Source: Sedimentisphaeraceae bacterium JB056
GTDB lineage: Bacteria > Planctomycetota > Phycisphaerae > Sedimentisphaerales > Sedimentisphaeraceae
Reading direction: 5' to 3'
Assembly: GCA_044440125.1 (NCBI GenBank)
Contig: JBITAJ010000029.1
Coordinates: 192,001-256,000 of the forward strand
Length of the DNA: 64,000 nucleotides
Under the pieces are notes generated by a model. The model searched no databases and had not been told where the DNA came from. It saw only the letters and a list, made by a program, of their open reading frames with translations. The translations under genes were made by a program, and so were the position numbers. Below, in pieces: positions 28,081 to 37,297 of this stretch; positions within the stretch are counted from its first letter, which is position 1; each line of letters begins with the position of its first letter.

Positions 28081-30452
28081 TTTCCGCTTTCGATACGTGC
28101 TATTATATCTTCCTGTATATCATTTGAGAGGTCGAGGAAATTAACGAATGTTCCGTGGATTCTCATTATATATATGCCGTTTGGAGCGTATTTAGCAGGC
28201 TCGGCTAATACTTTGCGAAGGTGTCCCGGGCTATCTATATTGAAATATACGTAATAAGGTGAAACTTCCTTTTCGCATTCAAAACCGAAAAGCGGTTCTA
28301 TGACTTCGTCTTTAAGTTTTCTGCCCTTTGTTTCCATATCTTCTATCCCGGCGGCTTCTTTCGGGCTCAAACCTATATGCGATGCGTAGCCACCGGTCAT
28401 TCTGTCGAACGGAAGTTTCCATGCAGAGAGTATCCGCTCTGCAAGCCCGCTGTTATCCCGCTTTACGGTCGGGTCGATTCCATAGCCCAGCATTTCTTTT
28501 GCCTTGCGGCCGTCGGGAGTGGCTCCCACTTTATAGCCGTAGAGCAGGTGCGTACTTGGTGTTGACCAGTCTGCGAGGAAAGGATTGCCGAGATTGTTTT
28601 TCAGGGAGCTGACCGCGTTGTTCACGCTTCCGGCAATACGCATTGCATACTCATCTACGCATTGCTGATCATTGCCGTATTTAGGCAGAGAATTTACGAA
28701 GGCATGGATATCTTCATAACCTGCAAAGTCATTATTCAAAGCGTTTCTCAGCTTTTCCGGTTCCCAGTTTCCGTTGCCGAGGAATTCTTTGACTGCGTAC
28801 AGTGAGTCGCTGACAACGCTTAGCCCGTGTATCAGGCAGCCGCTTCCGTTGTATTTTGTGCCTTGTTTTTCAACATCCCGCATATCTCGGAAAGTATTCA
28901 TGCCGTCCATGAGTGAGGAGGTGAACGGAACAGGATTTTTCTCTCCTAAGAGTTTGGTGCATCTGTTACCCGCTTCAGCCATTTTCGGCAGACAGTAATC
29001 GAGGATTCTATTGAAAAGCTTCTCAAGATCGGCGTATGCTTCTTTTATACCTTCATATCCAAATTCCTTCCAGCACGGAACAAGCTGCTTGCCACTCAGC
29101 AGAGATTTGCCGTCGTTCAGTGCAAGCTCTAAAATTTTTGCTATATTCAGCCAGGTGTTAGTTGTATTCAATGATGATTTCCCCATTATCAGAGGCTCCT
29201 GACAGCCGGCAATGCTGTAATCGGGCAAATCATTTATATCGATACCCTGAGAGGAGAGCAGCCGGAACATCATGTCGTCATTGAACAGTGAAGGCGTTGA
29301 GTGCCCCGGAGTAAAGAAGAATTTTCCCAACTGTTCGTATAATTGGTCGGGAGTTTTTTTATGCAGCTTAACACTCAAAGCCGGCTGCGGGTCATTTGTT
29401 GCAAAAAAAGCATCAAGGACGATATATGTCATTTCGTCTGTGGTATCTTCATTGCAAGTGTCTTTGCCGCCTACAAGAACGTTCTGCGAAATTGCCCAGC
29501 AGCGATTACCCACCTGAAAGAAGCATAACAGATGGCGAACAAGCTCTACGGCAAGATCTCTGTTCGTATTCTCAGGCGAGTAATATGGCGCCAGCACCCT
29601 GTCGATATTCCCTGCCGATATAGCATAGGGATTGGGGCTTTGCTCTATGACCATTATCTGCCATAATAGAGCGTATGTCTGCACTGCCTGGTGGAGATCG
29701 GCCGCACCGTTGTAAGGTACTGTTTCCAAGACGGATATCATCCGACTAAGTCTTTCTTTTTCATCCTCGTCATTGATTGATGAATATTTCGTTTCGGCAA
29801 GCTGCTTATACCTCTCTGCAAGTATCAAAGCCGCTTCCATTGCTCTGGCCATAGCCTTGCCGTAGCTGTTGCCGGAGACTTGTGCCTTTTCCATCATATT
29901 CTTGATGCCGTGTTTAAGAAACTTACGCATGTCCGGAATATGATGCCCTGTTACCGGTTCGAAGAAGAATACCACCTCGTCAGTAAAATCTTCATAGTCG
30001 TTATATACATCTTTTAATTGGCGTACATACGGAGCCAATTCCCAATATTTCCTTACTTTATATATCCTCTCTTCCGTAAGGCCGCTCTGGTCGGAAGGTG
30101 AGATGTCTGCGTATATAGCTGTAGGGTCGCAATAACCGGCAAAGTCTTCAACCTTAAAAGAAGGGTTTATCAGAGAATAGGACGCAGAAAAAGCACCATC
30201 CTGAGAACCGGCTATAACTGCGCCGAAAGGTATACTCAGGGGCATCTGTTTTGCCACGGCACAAAGGATGTCGGCATGCGCCATTGGTGAATCGAGATCG
30301 ACGCCTGAGGCTTTGAGTCTGATTCGTTCGTTCATTTTGATTTCCTGAACGAAAAACCAGTCGCTGACGGTCTTTTGCGATCTCTTGTACTTTCTAACCA
30401 TTTCTGCGCCGTTTTTTACGATTTTGGTCCAGTTTGTCATTAGCTGTTCCAT
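28077..30452 (-). CDS. Glycyl radical enzyme (PFL-like family) of unknown function
   Basis: GGAG RBS and ATG at 30452; GNIDRVL, QPALSVK, PSLFND, Cys loop IAGCQEP, PKYGND, GATPDGRKA, Gly loop IMRIHGTF. Confidence 0.85.
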   Translation of the reverse strand: MEQLMTNWTKIVKNGAEMVRKYKRSQKTVSDWFFVQEIKMNERIRLKASGVDLDSPMAHADILCAVAKQMPLSIPFGAVIAGSQDGAFSASYSLINPSFKVEDFAGYCDPTAIYADISPSDQSGLTEERIYKVRKYWELAPYVRQLKDVYNDYEDFTDEVVFFFEPVTGHHIPDMRKFLKHGIKNMMEKAQVSGNSYGKAMARAMEAALILAERYKQLAETKYSSINDEDEKERLSRMISVLETVPYNGAADLHQAVQTYALLWQIMVIEQSPNPYAISAGNIDRVLAPYYSPENTNRDLAVELVRHLLCFFQVGNRCWAISQNVLVGGKDTCNEDTTDEMTYIVLDAFFATNDPQPALSVKLHKKTPDQLYEQLGKFFFTPGHSTPSLFNDDMMFRLLSSQGIDINDLPDYSIAGCQEPLIMGKSSLNTTNTWLNIAKILELALNDGKSLLSGKQLVPCWKEFGYEGIKEAYADLEKLFNRILDYCLPKMAEAGNRCTKLLGEKNPVPFTSSLMDGMNTFRDMRDVEKQGTKYNGSGCLIHGLSVVSDSLYAVKEFLGNGNWEPEKLRNALNNDFAGYEDIHAFVNSLPKYGNDQQCVDEYAMRIAGSVNNAVSSLKNNLGNPFLADWSTPSTHLLYGYKVGATPDGRKAKEMLGYGIDPTVKRDNSGLAERILSAWKLPFDRMTGGYASHIGLSPKEAAGIEDMETKGRKLKDEVIEPLFGFECEKEVSPYYVYFNIDSPGHLRKVLAEPAKYAPNGIYIMRIHGTFVNFLDLSNDIQEDIIARIESGK

Positions 30453-30483
30453 ATTTATCTCCAAAATTAATTGTCTGCCTTGT

Positions 30484-31371
30484 TCAGCTGACTAATTGTG
30501 CGTTAATGTTTTCTTGTTTTAACATATCAATAAACTTCAGCGTCTCTTTTTCTGAAGGCTCTGCAGTATCTTTCATATTATAAACCATATCGAGAGCCTT
30601 ATACTTCGGCCTGCCGATATGGTGCATTCGCAATACTTCAATGTTTATATTGCCGTTTCTCGCTTTTGCGTCTTTCAACACTTCCTTTATAAGGCCGAGT
30701 TCTTTTGGGCCGTCGTTGAATCCTTTGACCAGCGGCACCCGTATTGTCATATCGATCCCCGAGCTTGCTGCGGTTAGTATATTATTGACGCTTCTGCCTG
30801 CTTTTGCCCCGATCCATTTCAAGGCAGTGGAGTCGCTGACGCATTTGAGATCGGTTATCAAGAGGTCGAATGCGTCCAATACGTGTTCGAAGTTTTCCGA
30901 AGATGCGTTTGTTTCAACCGCTCTGTGGCATTCTCCCTGAAGCAGTGCCGCTGTTTCGAGAAGCTCATCAAGCTGAAGTAGTGCTTCTCCTCCGCCAAAG
31001 GTAATGCCGCCGCTTTTACCGAACAGGCCTTTTATACGACGTACTTCTGTCAAAATTTTCTTTGGGGTTATATCCCTGCCGGCAAGTTCGAAACATCGGT
31101 TGTGCCATTTATTGATGCAGGGCCGGTCGCTGCATGTACGGCAGATCGTCCGGTCGAGTTTCCATGGTCGCTCTTTACTGACGGCTCCGTAAGGACAGGC
31201 GGTTTGAGGATTGGCCCCTCTCTCAGGATAGAACAGGATTTGCGGGTCGACAAGCAGGCTCTCGGGATTTGCGCACCATTTGCAGCGGAAATTGCATCCC
31301 TTGAGATATACGACCCATCTTCGTCCCGGGCCGTCAAAGCCGTTAGACCATCCTGTTGAAAATATTCTCAT
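30484..31371 (-). CDS. Glycyl-radical enzyme activating enzyme (radical SAM)
   Basis: DGPGRR, LKGCNFRCKWCANPES (CX3CX2C), GGITFGGGE, DLK, IRVPLVKGFND. Confidence 0.9.
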   Translation of the reverse strand: MRIFSTGWSNGFDGPGRRWVVYLKGCNFRCKWCANPESLLVDPQILFYPERGANPQTACPYGAVSKERPWKLDRTICRTCSDRPCINKWHNRCFELAGRDITPKKILTEVRRIKGLFGKSGGITFGGGEALLQLDELLETAALLQGECHRAVETNASSENFEHVLDAFDLLITDLKCVSDSTALKWIGAKAGRSVNNILTAASSGIDMTIRVPLVKGFNDGPKELGLIKEVLKDAKARNGNINIEVLRMHHIGRPKYKALDMVYNMKDTAEPSEKETLKFIDMLKQENINAQLVS

Positions 31372-31378
31372 TCCCTGA

Positions 31379-32710
31379 TTATCCTTTCATTGCTGCCATT
31401 GCCGCTCCGGTAGCGGCCTCTTCTTTGACATTTGCCAGATTTACAGGCTTTTTGAGTATTTCTTCTGTGATACTTAGCAATGCCGGATTCTTTCTCATTG
31501 CATTTCCGCCTGCCATTACGCAAGAGAAGTCTTCAAGGCAGGCCGGCGGTATCATATCGTATAATTCTTCGACCATAGCATAGGCAAAGGAGCGGGTGAG
31601 TTCGGAAGGGGTGAAATTCTCCGCATTTATGGCGGTTATTCTGCCTCGAAGGTCGGGATTTGCTCTTGTGCCGCAAAATCTTGGGTCCAGCTTTATCGCC
31701 GAACCGTGCTTATTTTCACTTAGAAACGAGTTCATCTTGTCATAAATCGCTTCGTCTTTGGGTGCGATTCCTGTTATTTTAGCAATAACGTCTTTAAAGA
31801 AATCTTTGAGGTATGCATAAGTCCAGCCTCCGCAGATGCTTGCACCAACGAGTATGAAGCTTCCATCGGGCATTGGCCTTGTCTCGAATCCTTCAACATA
31901 ATCGCTCTTGTTGTGAGGTATCGATATTTGCCCGCCTGTGCCTAAGTTGAGAACCGCTGCTTCTTTGGCTTTGCCGCGGGCGCCTATTACGGCGGCCTGA
32001 TTGTCGCCTATGGGGCTGTAAACTTTTGCTTCCCTTTTCAGTCCAAATCGTTCGGCGATTTGCGGCAGAATATTGCCGATTATTTCGGAGGTCGGCTTAA
32101 TGTCGGGCAGTATTTTTTCTGGAATGCCCAGTTCGTTCAGTATTTGCTTGTTCCATTGTCTGCTTTTAATGTCATATATGCCCCAGCTTGCTGCGTGAGT
32201 TGGTTCGGTAGCGGCTGTTCCGGTTAATTTGGCACACAAATAATCAGAGATACTCAGTGCCTTAAGGTTCCCGTCCAGTGGAGCCCGGCTGTTCAAATAG
32301 GCGAGAGTGGCCCCGCCGTAACCTGTTCTCAGCCCGCATCCATTTGATTTAGCGTAATTTTCGCCGATTGATATTGCAATTGAAGCGGCTTTTTGATCTC
32401 GCCATGTTATGAAATTAGTTACGGGCTTCAATTGGTCGTTTACGAGCAAAATACCGTGCATTTGTCCGGTTACTGTTATGTCGGTAACATCATTAGACTT
32501 GACTGCATCGCTTTTAAGCAGTAAAGATATCGCTGAAAAAATAAGTTCTATGGTTTTTTCCGAGCATTGTTCGTAGCTGCCTTCTGCGTTTTCCTTTATC
32601 CGTGAGTCGTTTTCAATGCTGATGCATCCAGTCAGGCATTCTTTTTCAGTGTTATAAGCTGCGGCACATATTTTGGAAGTGCCTATGTCTAAAGATATTA
32701 CAGTCGCCAT
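31379..32710 (-). CDS. FGGY-family sugar kinase (sedoheptulokinase/xylulokinase-like)
   Basis: LDIGTSKI, TGQMHG, ITWRD, GYGGATL, AASWG, GDNQA, LNLGTGGQ. Confidence 0.85.
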   Translation of the reverse strand: MATVISLDIGTSKICAAAYNTEKECLTGCISIENDSRIKENAEGSYEQCSEKTIELIFSAISLLLKSDAVKSNDVTDITVTGQMHGILLVNDQLKPVTNFITWRDQKAASIAISIGENYAKSNGCGLRTGYGGATLAYLNSRAPLDGNLKALSISDYLCAKLTGTAATEPTHAASWGIYDIKSRQWNKQILNELGIPEKILPDIKPTSEIIGNILPQIAERFGLKREAKVYSPIGDNQAAVIGARGKAKEAAVLNLGTGGQISIPHNKSDYVEGFETRPMPDGSFILVGASICGGWTYAYLKDFFKDVIAKITGIAPKDEAIYDKMNSFLSENKHGSAIKLDPRFCGTRANPDLRGRITAINAENFTPSELTRSFAYAMVEELYDMIPPACLEDFSCVMAGGNAMRKNPALLSITEEILKKPVNLANVKEEAATGAAMAAMKG

Positions 32711-32736
32711 TTGTTTGATCCGTGAAGTTAATATTA

Positions 32737-32753
32737 TATTGTATCATACAATA
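32737..32753. promoter_or_regulatory. Palindromic GntR/AraR-type operator
   Basis: TATTGTAT-C-ATACAATA perfect inverted repeat, about 27 bp upstream of the kinase start codon. Confidence 0.65.
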
Positions 32754-32855
32754 ATACCAATATAGCATATTCTCTTGCTGATTACAAGGCAATTTTGGGT
32801 TCTGTTGAATAAAAGATTGTTGTTTTTTTGGAAGGTTGAAAATTTTTACGTTCAA

Positions 32856-32865
32856 TGAACGTTCA
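32856..32865. promoter_or_regulatory. LacI-type operator candidate
   Basis: Perfect palindrome TGAACGTTCA. The related ATGAACGTTT lies between the -35 and -10 of the downstream LacI gene. Confidence 0.55.
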
Positions 32866-32972
32866 AAGTTGTTTCGGTTTAAGTGTTTTTTCTTAAGGCT
32901 TTTATGGTTTGAGACAAAATTAGTTTTAAACTTTTTTTGAGCTTTAAAATTTTGTTTGAACATGTTTTAAAC

Positions 32973-33001
32973 TTGACAATGAACGTTTGGGGTGGTATTG
33001 T
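32973..33001 (+). promoter_or_regulatory. Sigma70 promoter of LacI gene (probably leaderless)
   Basis: TTGACA-17 nt-TATTGT with TG extension; 7 nt separate the -10 from ATG 33009. Confidence 0.6.
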
Positions 33002-33008
33002 CTTTATT

Positions 33009-34031
33009 ATGACTATAGTAGAAATAGCAAAAAAGACTGGCGTATCGCACACGACTGTTTCCAGAGTTCTTTATAATAAAGACGGCGTTTCGGAAGCTAC
33101 GGCGAGAAAAATCAAGAAGGTTATCAATGACTTGGGATATACTCCCAAGCCCCATAAACTGAAGAATGACTGGTCTGAGGGAATGGGGACTAAGTGTGGC
33201 AACATAGCGTTCATATGCCCCAAAGAAGGTATTAAAACACTTGCGACTTCTCCGATAATGCTTGAGGTTCTTCACGGCGTAGAAAAAGAACTTGGCCAAA
33301 GGAATTTCAATCTGATACATCTGAGTCTGTGGAATGAGCAGGAGGATATACCTGCGCTTGTGAAAAGGCATCAGGTTGACGGATACATTGTATGGTCATA
33401 TGACATCGCAGGTGTTCTTAAGGATTCTGGCGGTCTTATTAATCCCGCCAATTCGGTTACTATAATGTCAGGCGATAATTACAAATCAGATTTTTATCGT
33501 GTCCATAATGATAACTTCAAGATAGGCCGTATGGCGGCTGAATATCTTTTAAGCAGAGGCAGAAAGAATCTGCTGTATATCGATTATAATACCCGAAAGC
33601 GTGCAGACAGCAGGGACTGGCTGCTTCGCCATGAGGGATTTATGTCGGTTGCTTCCGATGATGTGGTTGTTAAGTGTACAGAAATAGACAACGATCCTGC
33701 CAGGCTTAAAGCCGATGCGGCTGAACTTATGGATCGTCTGATTGAATCGAGCTCAATGCCCGATGGTTTCTTCTTTGCAGCCGATCAGCTTACCGGAATA
33801 ATCCAGCCTGTCTTGCAGTCGAAGGGATTAGATATCCCTCGAGATGCTGATGTTATTTCCTGTAATCAGGAAGCGGCATATCTTAACGGGCTTGACCCTG
33901 TTCCTGCCAGTATCAATTTGCAACCCGAACTGCTTGGTAAAAGAGCGGTTGAGCTGCTTTGGGACAGGCTTGAACATTCTGACAGAAACGAGAAGGTTAT
34001 CGTTGAGATACCTCCAATTCTCAACATGTGA
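33009..34031 (+). CDS. LacI family transcriptional regulator
   Basis: MTIVEIAKKTGVSHTTVSRVL, LGYTP, periplasmic-binding-like effector domain. Confidence 0.92.
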   Translation: MTIVEIAKKTGVSHTTVSRVLYNKDGVSEATARKIKKVINDLGYTPKPHKLKNDWSEGMGTKCGNIAFICPKEGIKTLATSPIMLEVLHGVEKELGQRNFNLIHLSLWNEQEDIPALVKRHQVDGYIVWSYDIAGVLKDSGGLINPANSVTIMSGDNYKSDFYRVHNDNFKIGRMAAEYLLSRGRKNLLYIDYNTRKRADSRDWLLRHEGFMSVASDDVVVKCTEIDNDPARLKADAAELMDRLIESSSMPDGFFFAADQLTGIIQPVLQSKGLDIPRDADVISCNQEAAYLNGLDPVPASINLQPELLGKRAVELLWDRLEHSDRNEKVIVEIPPILNM

Positions 34032-34089
34032 TTCAATTCTGTTGAACACAAGTTCATATCTCTATTAACATTTATTTAGTGAGGTGTTT

Positions 34090-35115
34090 ATGAAAATTTC
34101 ATTGACTATTTTGTGTGCTGTTTCATTTCTTTTTTTGCCCTGCATCCTGAAAGCTGCCCAGGTGAGCACTGTCGTGAAACTGGAAATGGACGGTCTGGTT
34201 GATACAAATACTGAGAATGTCAATAATGCAGAGACGGGTTATGTCTACAGGACTTCTCAGTATACAAATGACAGCGGCTCGCCTTTCACAGGAGTAACGG
34301 TTATTGCTGATGGCAGCGGTGATTATCCTGTTTTCGACCAAGGAGCTGTTTACCTTAACGGTGGTGATAACTTGAAGGATCAAGTCGATGAAGGATTGAT
34401 GGTTCAGGTTGGCACAGGCTATACTCCCCAGCAAAGTTATATATGGGAAGCCTGGGTAAAACCAGATTATACTAACTGGCCGACGAGCTCGACAAACCAG
34501 TTTGGATGGATAGCGATATTCAGATGGCACGATACCTATGATTCCTGTGATGATGCTACAAGCACGCCAACAGCCATGCACCTTTCATCATCAGATGCAT
34601 TTCGCCAGAGGTTGAATGTTGTCGGCAATGAGGTTTGGTCGAATGAAGTACTTGACCCTAATGATACTGTTGCCGCTGATGAGTTTACTCATGTAGGACT
34701 TGTATGGACTTACGATTCTGTTACCGAGACCGGTGAGCTTAAATACTATCAAAACGGTATTTTAAAAGCCACTGCTGAGGGACCGGTTACTGTTTCCGGG
34801 ACTATAATGGAATTTCCTGATACTATCGGTGTGGGTAATGTTGCTCAAACAACCATGGATAATTTTGACGAGCTTTATTGCGGCGGAGAGATAAATTACA
34901 ACGCCGGTTATTCAGGATGGATAGATTCTTTTGCTTTCTCTACTTTCACCGGAACTTTTGAAGGGCCGAGTGAGTTCGTGCTTGTCGATCCGCAATTCTG
35001 CGGCGATATAGGTACTACAATTCTTGCATCGGATCTGAACGCTGATTGTGAAGTGAATTTGCTTGATTTTGCAGGTTTGGCAACTCAATGGTTATGGGAT
35101 GTTACTAATAACTAA
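34090..35115 (+). CDS. Secreted LamG/ConA-like protein with dockerin-like tail
   Basis: Signal peptide; WEAWVKP, FTHVGLVW...YYQNG, YSGWID; tail CG...SDLNADCEVNLLDFAGLATQWL. Confidence 0.7.
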   Translation: MKISLTILCAVSFLFLPCILKAAQVSTVVKLEMDGLVDTNTENVNNAETGYVYRTSQYTNDSGSPFTGVTVIADGSGDYPVFDQGAVYLNGGDNLKDQVDEGLMVQVGTGYTPQQSYIWEAWVKPDYTNWPTSSTNQFGWIAIFRWHDTYDSCDDATSTPTAMHLSSSDAFRQRLNVVGNEVWSNEVLDPNDTVAADEFTHVGLVWTYDSVTETGELKYYQNGILKATAEGPVTVSGTIMEFPDTIGVGNVAQTTMDNFDELYCGGEINYNAGYSGWIDSFAFSTFTGTFEGPSEFVLVDPQFCGDIGTTILASDLNADCEVNLLDFAGLATQWLWDVTNN

Positions 35116-35165
35116 GCTGTATTAACGCAGGATTAATCCATTATTTTAGAAAGAAGGTTATTAAT

Positions 35166-37217
35166 ATGAAAATAAACTCAATATTAGCAATATCAATATG
35201 TTTTTGCGTAAGTATGGTTTTAGGTGATATATTTGTCGGTGACGGCAAAAGTGATGAGATGATGTGGAGATTCTCGCCCACCGGAGACGTAATATGGTCT
35301 GCGGGTATGCGAAGCGCAAGTAATTTTACGCTTGACCCAAGCGGCGAGCTTGTATTGGTGTCGCGGCAGGGAACTGATGAGCTGCTTTCCACTATTGATG
35401 CATATAACGGTACTGATTACAACGATCAGCTTATAACCGGAAGCGATATTGTTGACGCCGAATGGGGCCCTGATTTTAATTCCGACGGTGAAGATGATCT
35501 CTATGTAAGCGGAAGAAGCGAAATATGGGTTGTTGACGTTGATATTGTTGCCCTTGATGATGTTCAGTTTACCATACTCGATACATGGGTAGTCGCTGAC
35601 ACCTCAGGCAGCAACGGTACCGGCGGAAGGCTTTGCTTTGCTCCTAACGGCAATCTGCTATCCTCAAAGGGCGGCAATTCTTCAGGTAACCGTATTAACG
35701 TATGGGACCCTATGACCGGTAATCAGATCGCCAGCTATAACGCGGACAATTGCCGCGGTGCGATGGATATGATCATTGGCCCTGACGTTAATTCAGATGC
35801 TCAGGAAGATATATGGGTAGTTGACTTATACCGCGGTCAGGTAAGGGGTTATGATTATGTTACCGGAGCTTATCTGGGCATAATCGATACGGGTGTTGAT
35901 TTTACTCAGCCGAACGACATAATCCTGCTTCCTGATAACACGGTTATGATAAGCACCGCCAAAGGTACTTCGCTGAGTACAGGCGGAGATGGATCAAGCT
36001 ATGCAAGCGTTATACATTATGATCCTGTAGCTGATACAGCAACATTGTTTTATGAGTCTGACGGAGCCAATTTTGCATGTCTTGCTTACTCTCCGCTGGA
36101 ACTTCCTGTGCCTGTTCAAATTGAACCTCAACCTTATGATGTAATAGCGATCGAAAGAGGTGACGGTACAAGAGATGGTAATGCGTTCTTCAAGCTTATG
36201 ACCAGATTTGCTCCAAACGGAGAAATTATATGGCAGCCATCGAATGAATATGGCAACAGTGCTTATTATATGGTTGACAGTTTAGATCAGGAAAGTGTGT
36301 ATGTATGCTATAGCGGCACTTCGGGCACCCGTTATCTCAGACAGTTTTCTGCTGAGGACGGAAGTGCAATAGAATTCGTATTCAATAACAATGATTACTG
36401 TAAAGCGGCTGATTGGGGTTATGATTATAACTCTGATGGAACATCGGATCTTTATCTTTGCAGCCGTGATACGATATATGTTCTTGACGGTACGACGGTA
36501 GATGGTCAGGTTGCTACAGTTCTCACCTCTTATGAAGAAAGTAATACCGTTTATGATGGCGACTCCGGAACTGCAACAGGCGCAGGCGGCTTCCCTGTAT
36601 TCGGACCGGATATCAACAGTGATGGTATTGGCGACCTCTTTGTTACCAACGGTGGTGTTTCATCAGGTAACCGTATCAATGTGTGGGATCCGACCAATCT
36701 TAGCCGCATAGTATCTTATCCGGCTGAAGAATGCCGCTGGGCTATCTCTATTGTATTCAGCCAGGATGTAAACCGCGACGGTCGTGAGGATATGTGGGTA
36801 ACTGATTATGGTCGCAGCCAGATACGCTGCTATGATTATATGACCGGTGAATATCTGGGTATTGCTCCTGTAAATGTAGAACTGGACAGTCCGTATGCAA
36901 TGAAGGAAGCTCCTGACGGTATGCTTTATGTTATAAGTCGTGAGGGTTCGAGTCTTAACGCCGGTGGCGTAGGGGACCCCGGAACCGATATCATAAAGAT
37001 AAATCCGCAGACAGGAAGTGCCGAACTATTCTTCAGCATAAGCGGATATGAAGCCAGCTTCTGCGGTCTTTCGATACTTGAACCTACCGAGGGCGTATGT
37101 AATGATCCTATACCGCAGGACCTCAATCAGGATTGCAGGGTTGACGAGCTCGATCTTGAGGTAATGGCCGCCCAATGGCTGAACTGCACGAATCCTAATC
37201 CTGCAGAATGTAATTGA
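35166..37217 (+). CDS. Secreted duplicated beta-propeller-like protein with dockerin-like tail
   Basis: The two halves share SSGNRINVWDP and YDY.TG.YLG; repeated PD.N.DG..DL loops; tail QDLNQDCRVDELDLEVMAAQWLNCTNP. Confidence 0.65.
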   Translation: MKINSILAISICFCVSMVLGDIFVGDGKSDEMMWRFSPTGDVIWSAGMRSASNFTLDPSGELVLVSRQGTDELLSTIDAYNGTDYNDQLITGSDIVDAEWGPDFNSDGEDDLYVSGRSEIWVVDVDIVALDDVQFTILDTWVVADTSGSNGTGGRLCFAPNGNLLSSKGGNSSGNRINVWDPMTGNQIASYNADNCRGAMDMIIGPDVNSDAQEDIWVVDLYRGQVRGYDYVTGAYLGIIDTGVDFTQPNDIILLPDNTVMISTAKGTSLSTGGDGSSYASVIHYDPVADTATLFYESDGANFACLAYSPLELPVPVQIEPQPYDVIAIERGDGTRDGNAFFKLMTRFAPNGEIIWQPSNEYGNSAYYMVDSLDQESVYVCYSGTSGTRYLRQFSAEDGSAIEFVFNNNDYCKAADWGYDYNSDGTSDLYLCSRDTIYVLDGTTVDGQVATVLTSYEESNTVYDGDSGTATGAGGFPVFGPDINSDGIGDLFVTNGGVSSGNRINVWDPTNLSRIVSYPAEECRWAISIVFSQDVNRDGREDMWVTDYGRSQIRCYDYMTGEYLGIAPVNVELDSPYAMKEAPDGMLYVISREGSSLNAGGVGDPGTDIIKINPQTGSAELFFSISGYEASFCGLSILEPTEGVCNDPIPQDLNQDCRVDELDLEVMAAQWLNCTNPNPAECN

Positions 37218-37239
37218 TATTAATTTTCAAAACTGTAGA

Positions 37240-37272
37240 AAGTTCCCGCACAGACTAACTGTGCGGGAACTT
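37240..37272 (+). other. Perfect 14-bp intergenic stem-loop
   Basis: AAGTTCCCGCACAG-actaa-CTGTGCGGGAACTT. Confidence 0.75.
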
Positions 37273-37297
37273 ATTAAAACCTCTCCGGCAATTCTAT

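Noticed and set aside
28077..30452. Calling the GRE pflB/pyruvate formate-lyase
   Set aside because: It lacks the adjacent Cys-Cys active site and the RVSGY motif of PFL.
32652..32963. 103-aa minus-strand ORF upstream of the kinase
   Set aside because: It is a low-complexity K/N/F-rich translation of an AT-rich divergent promoter region that contains operators.
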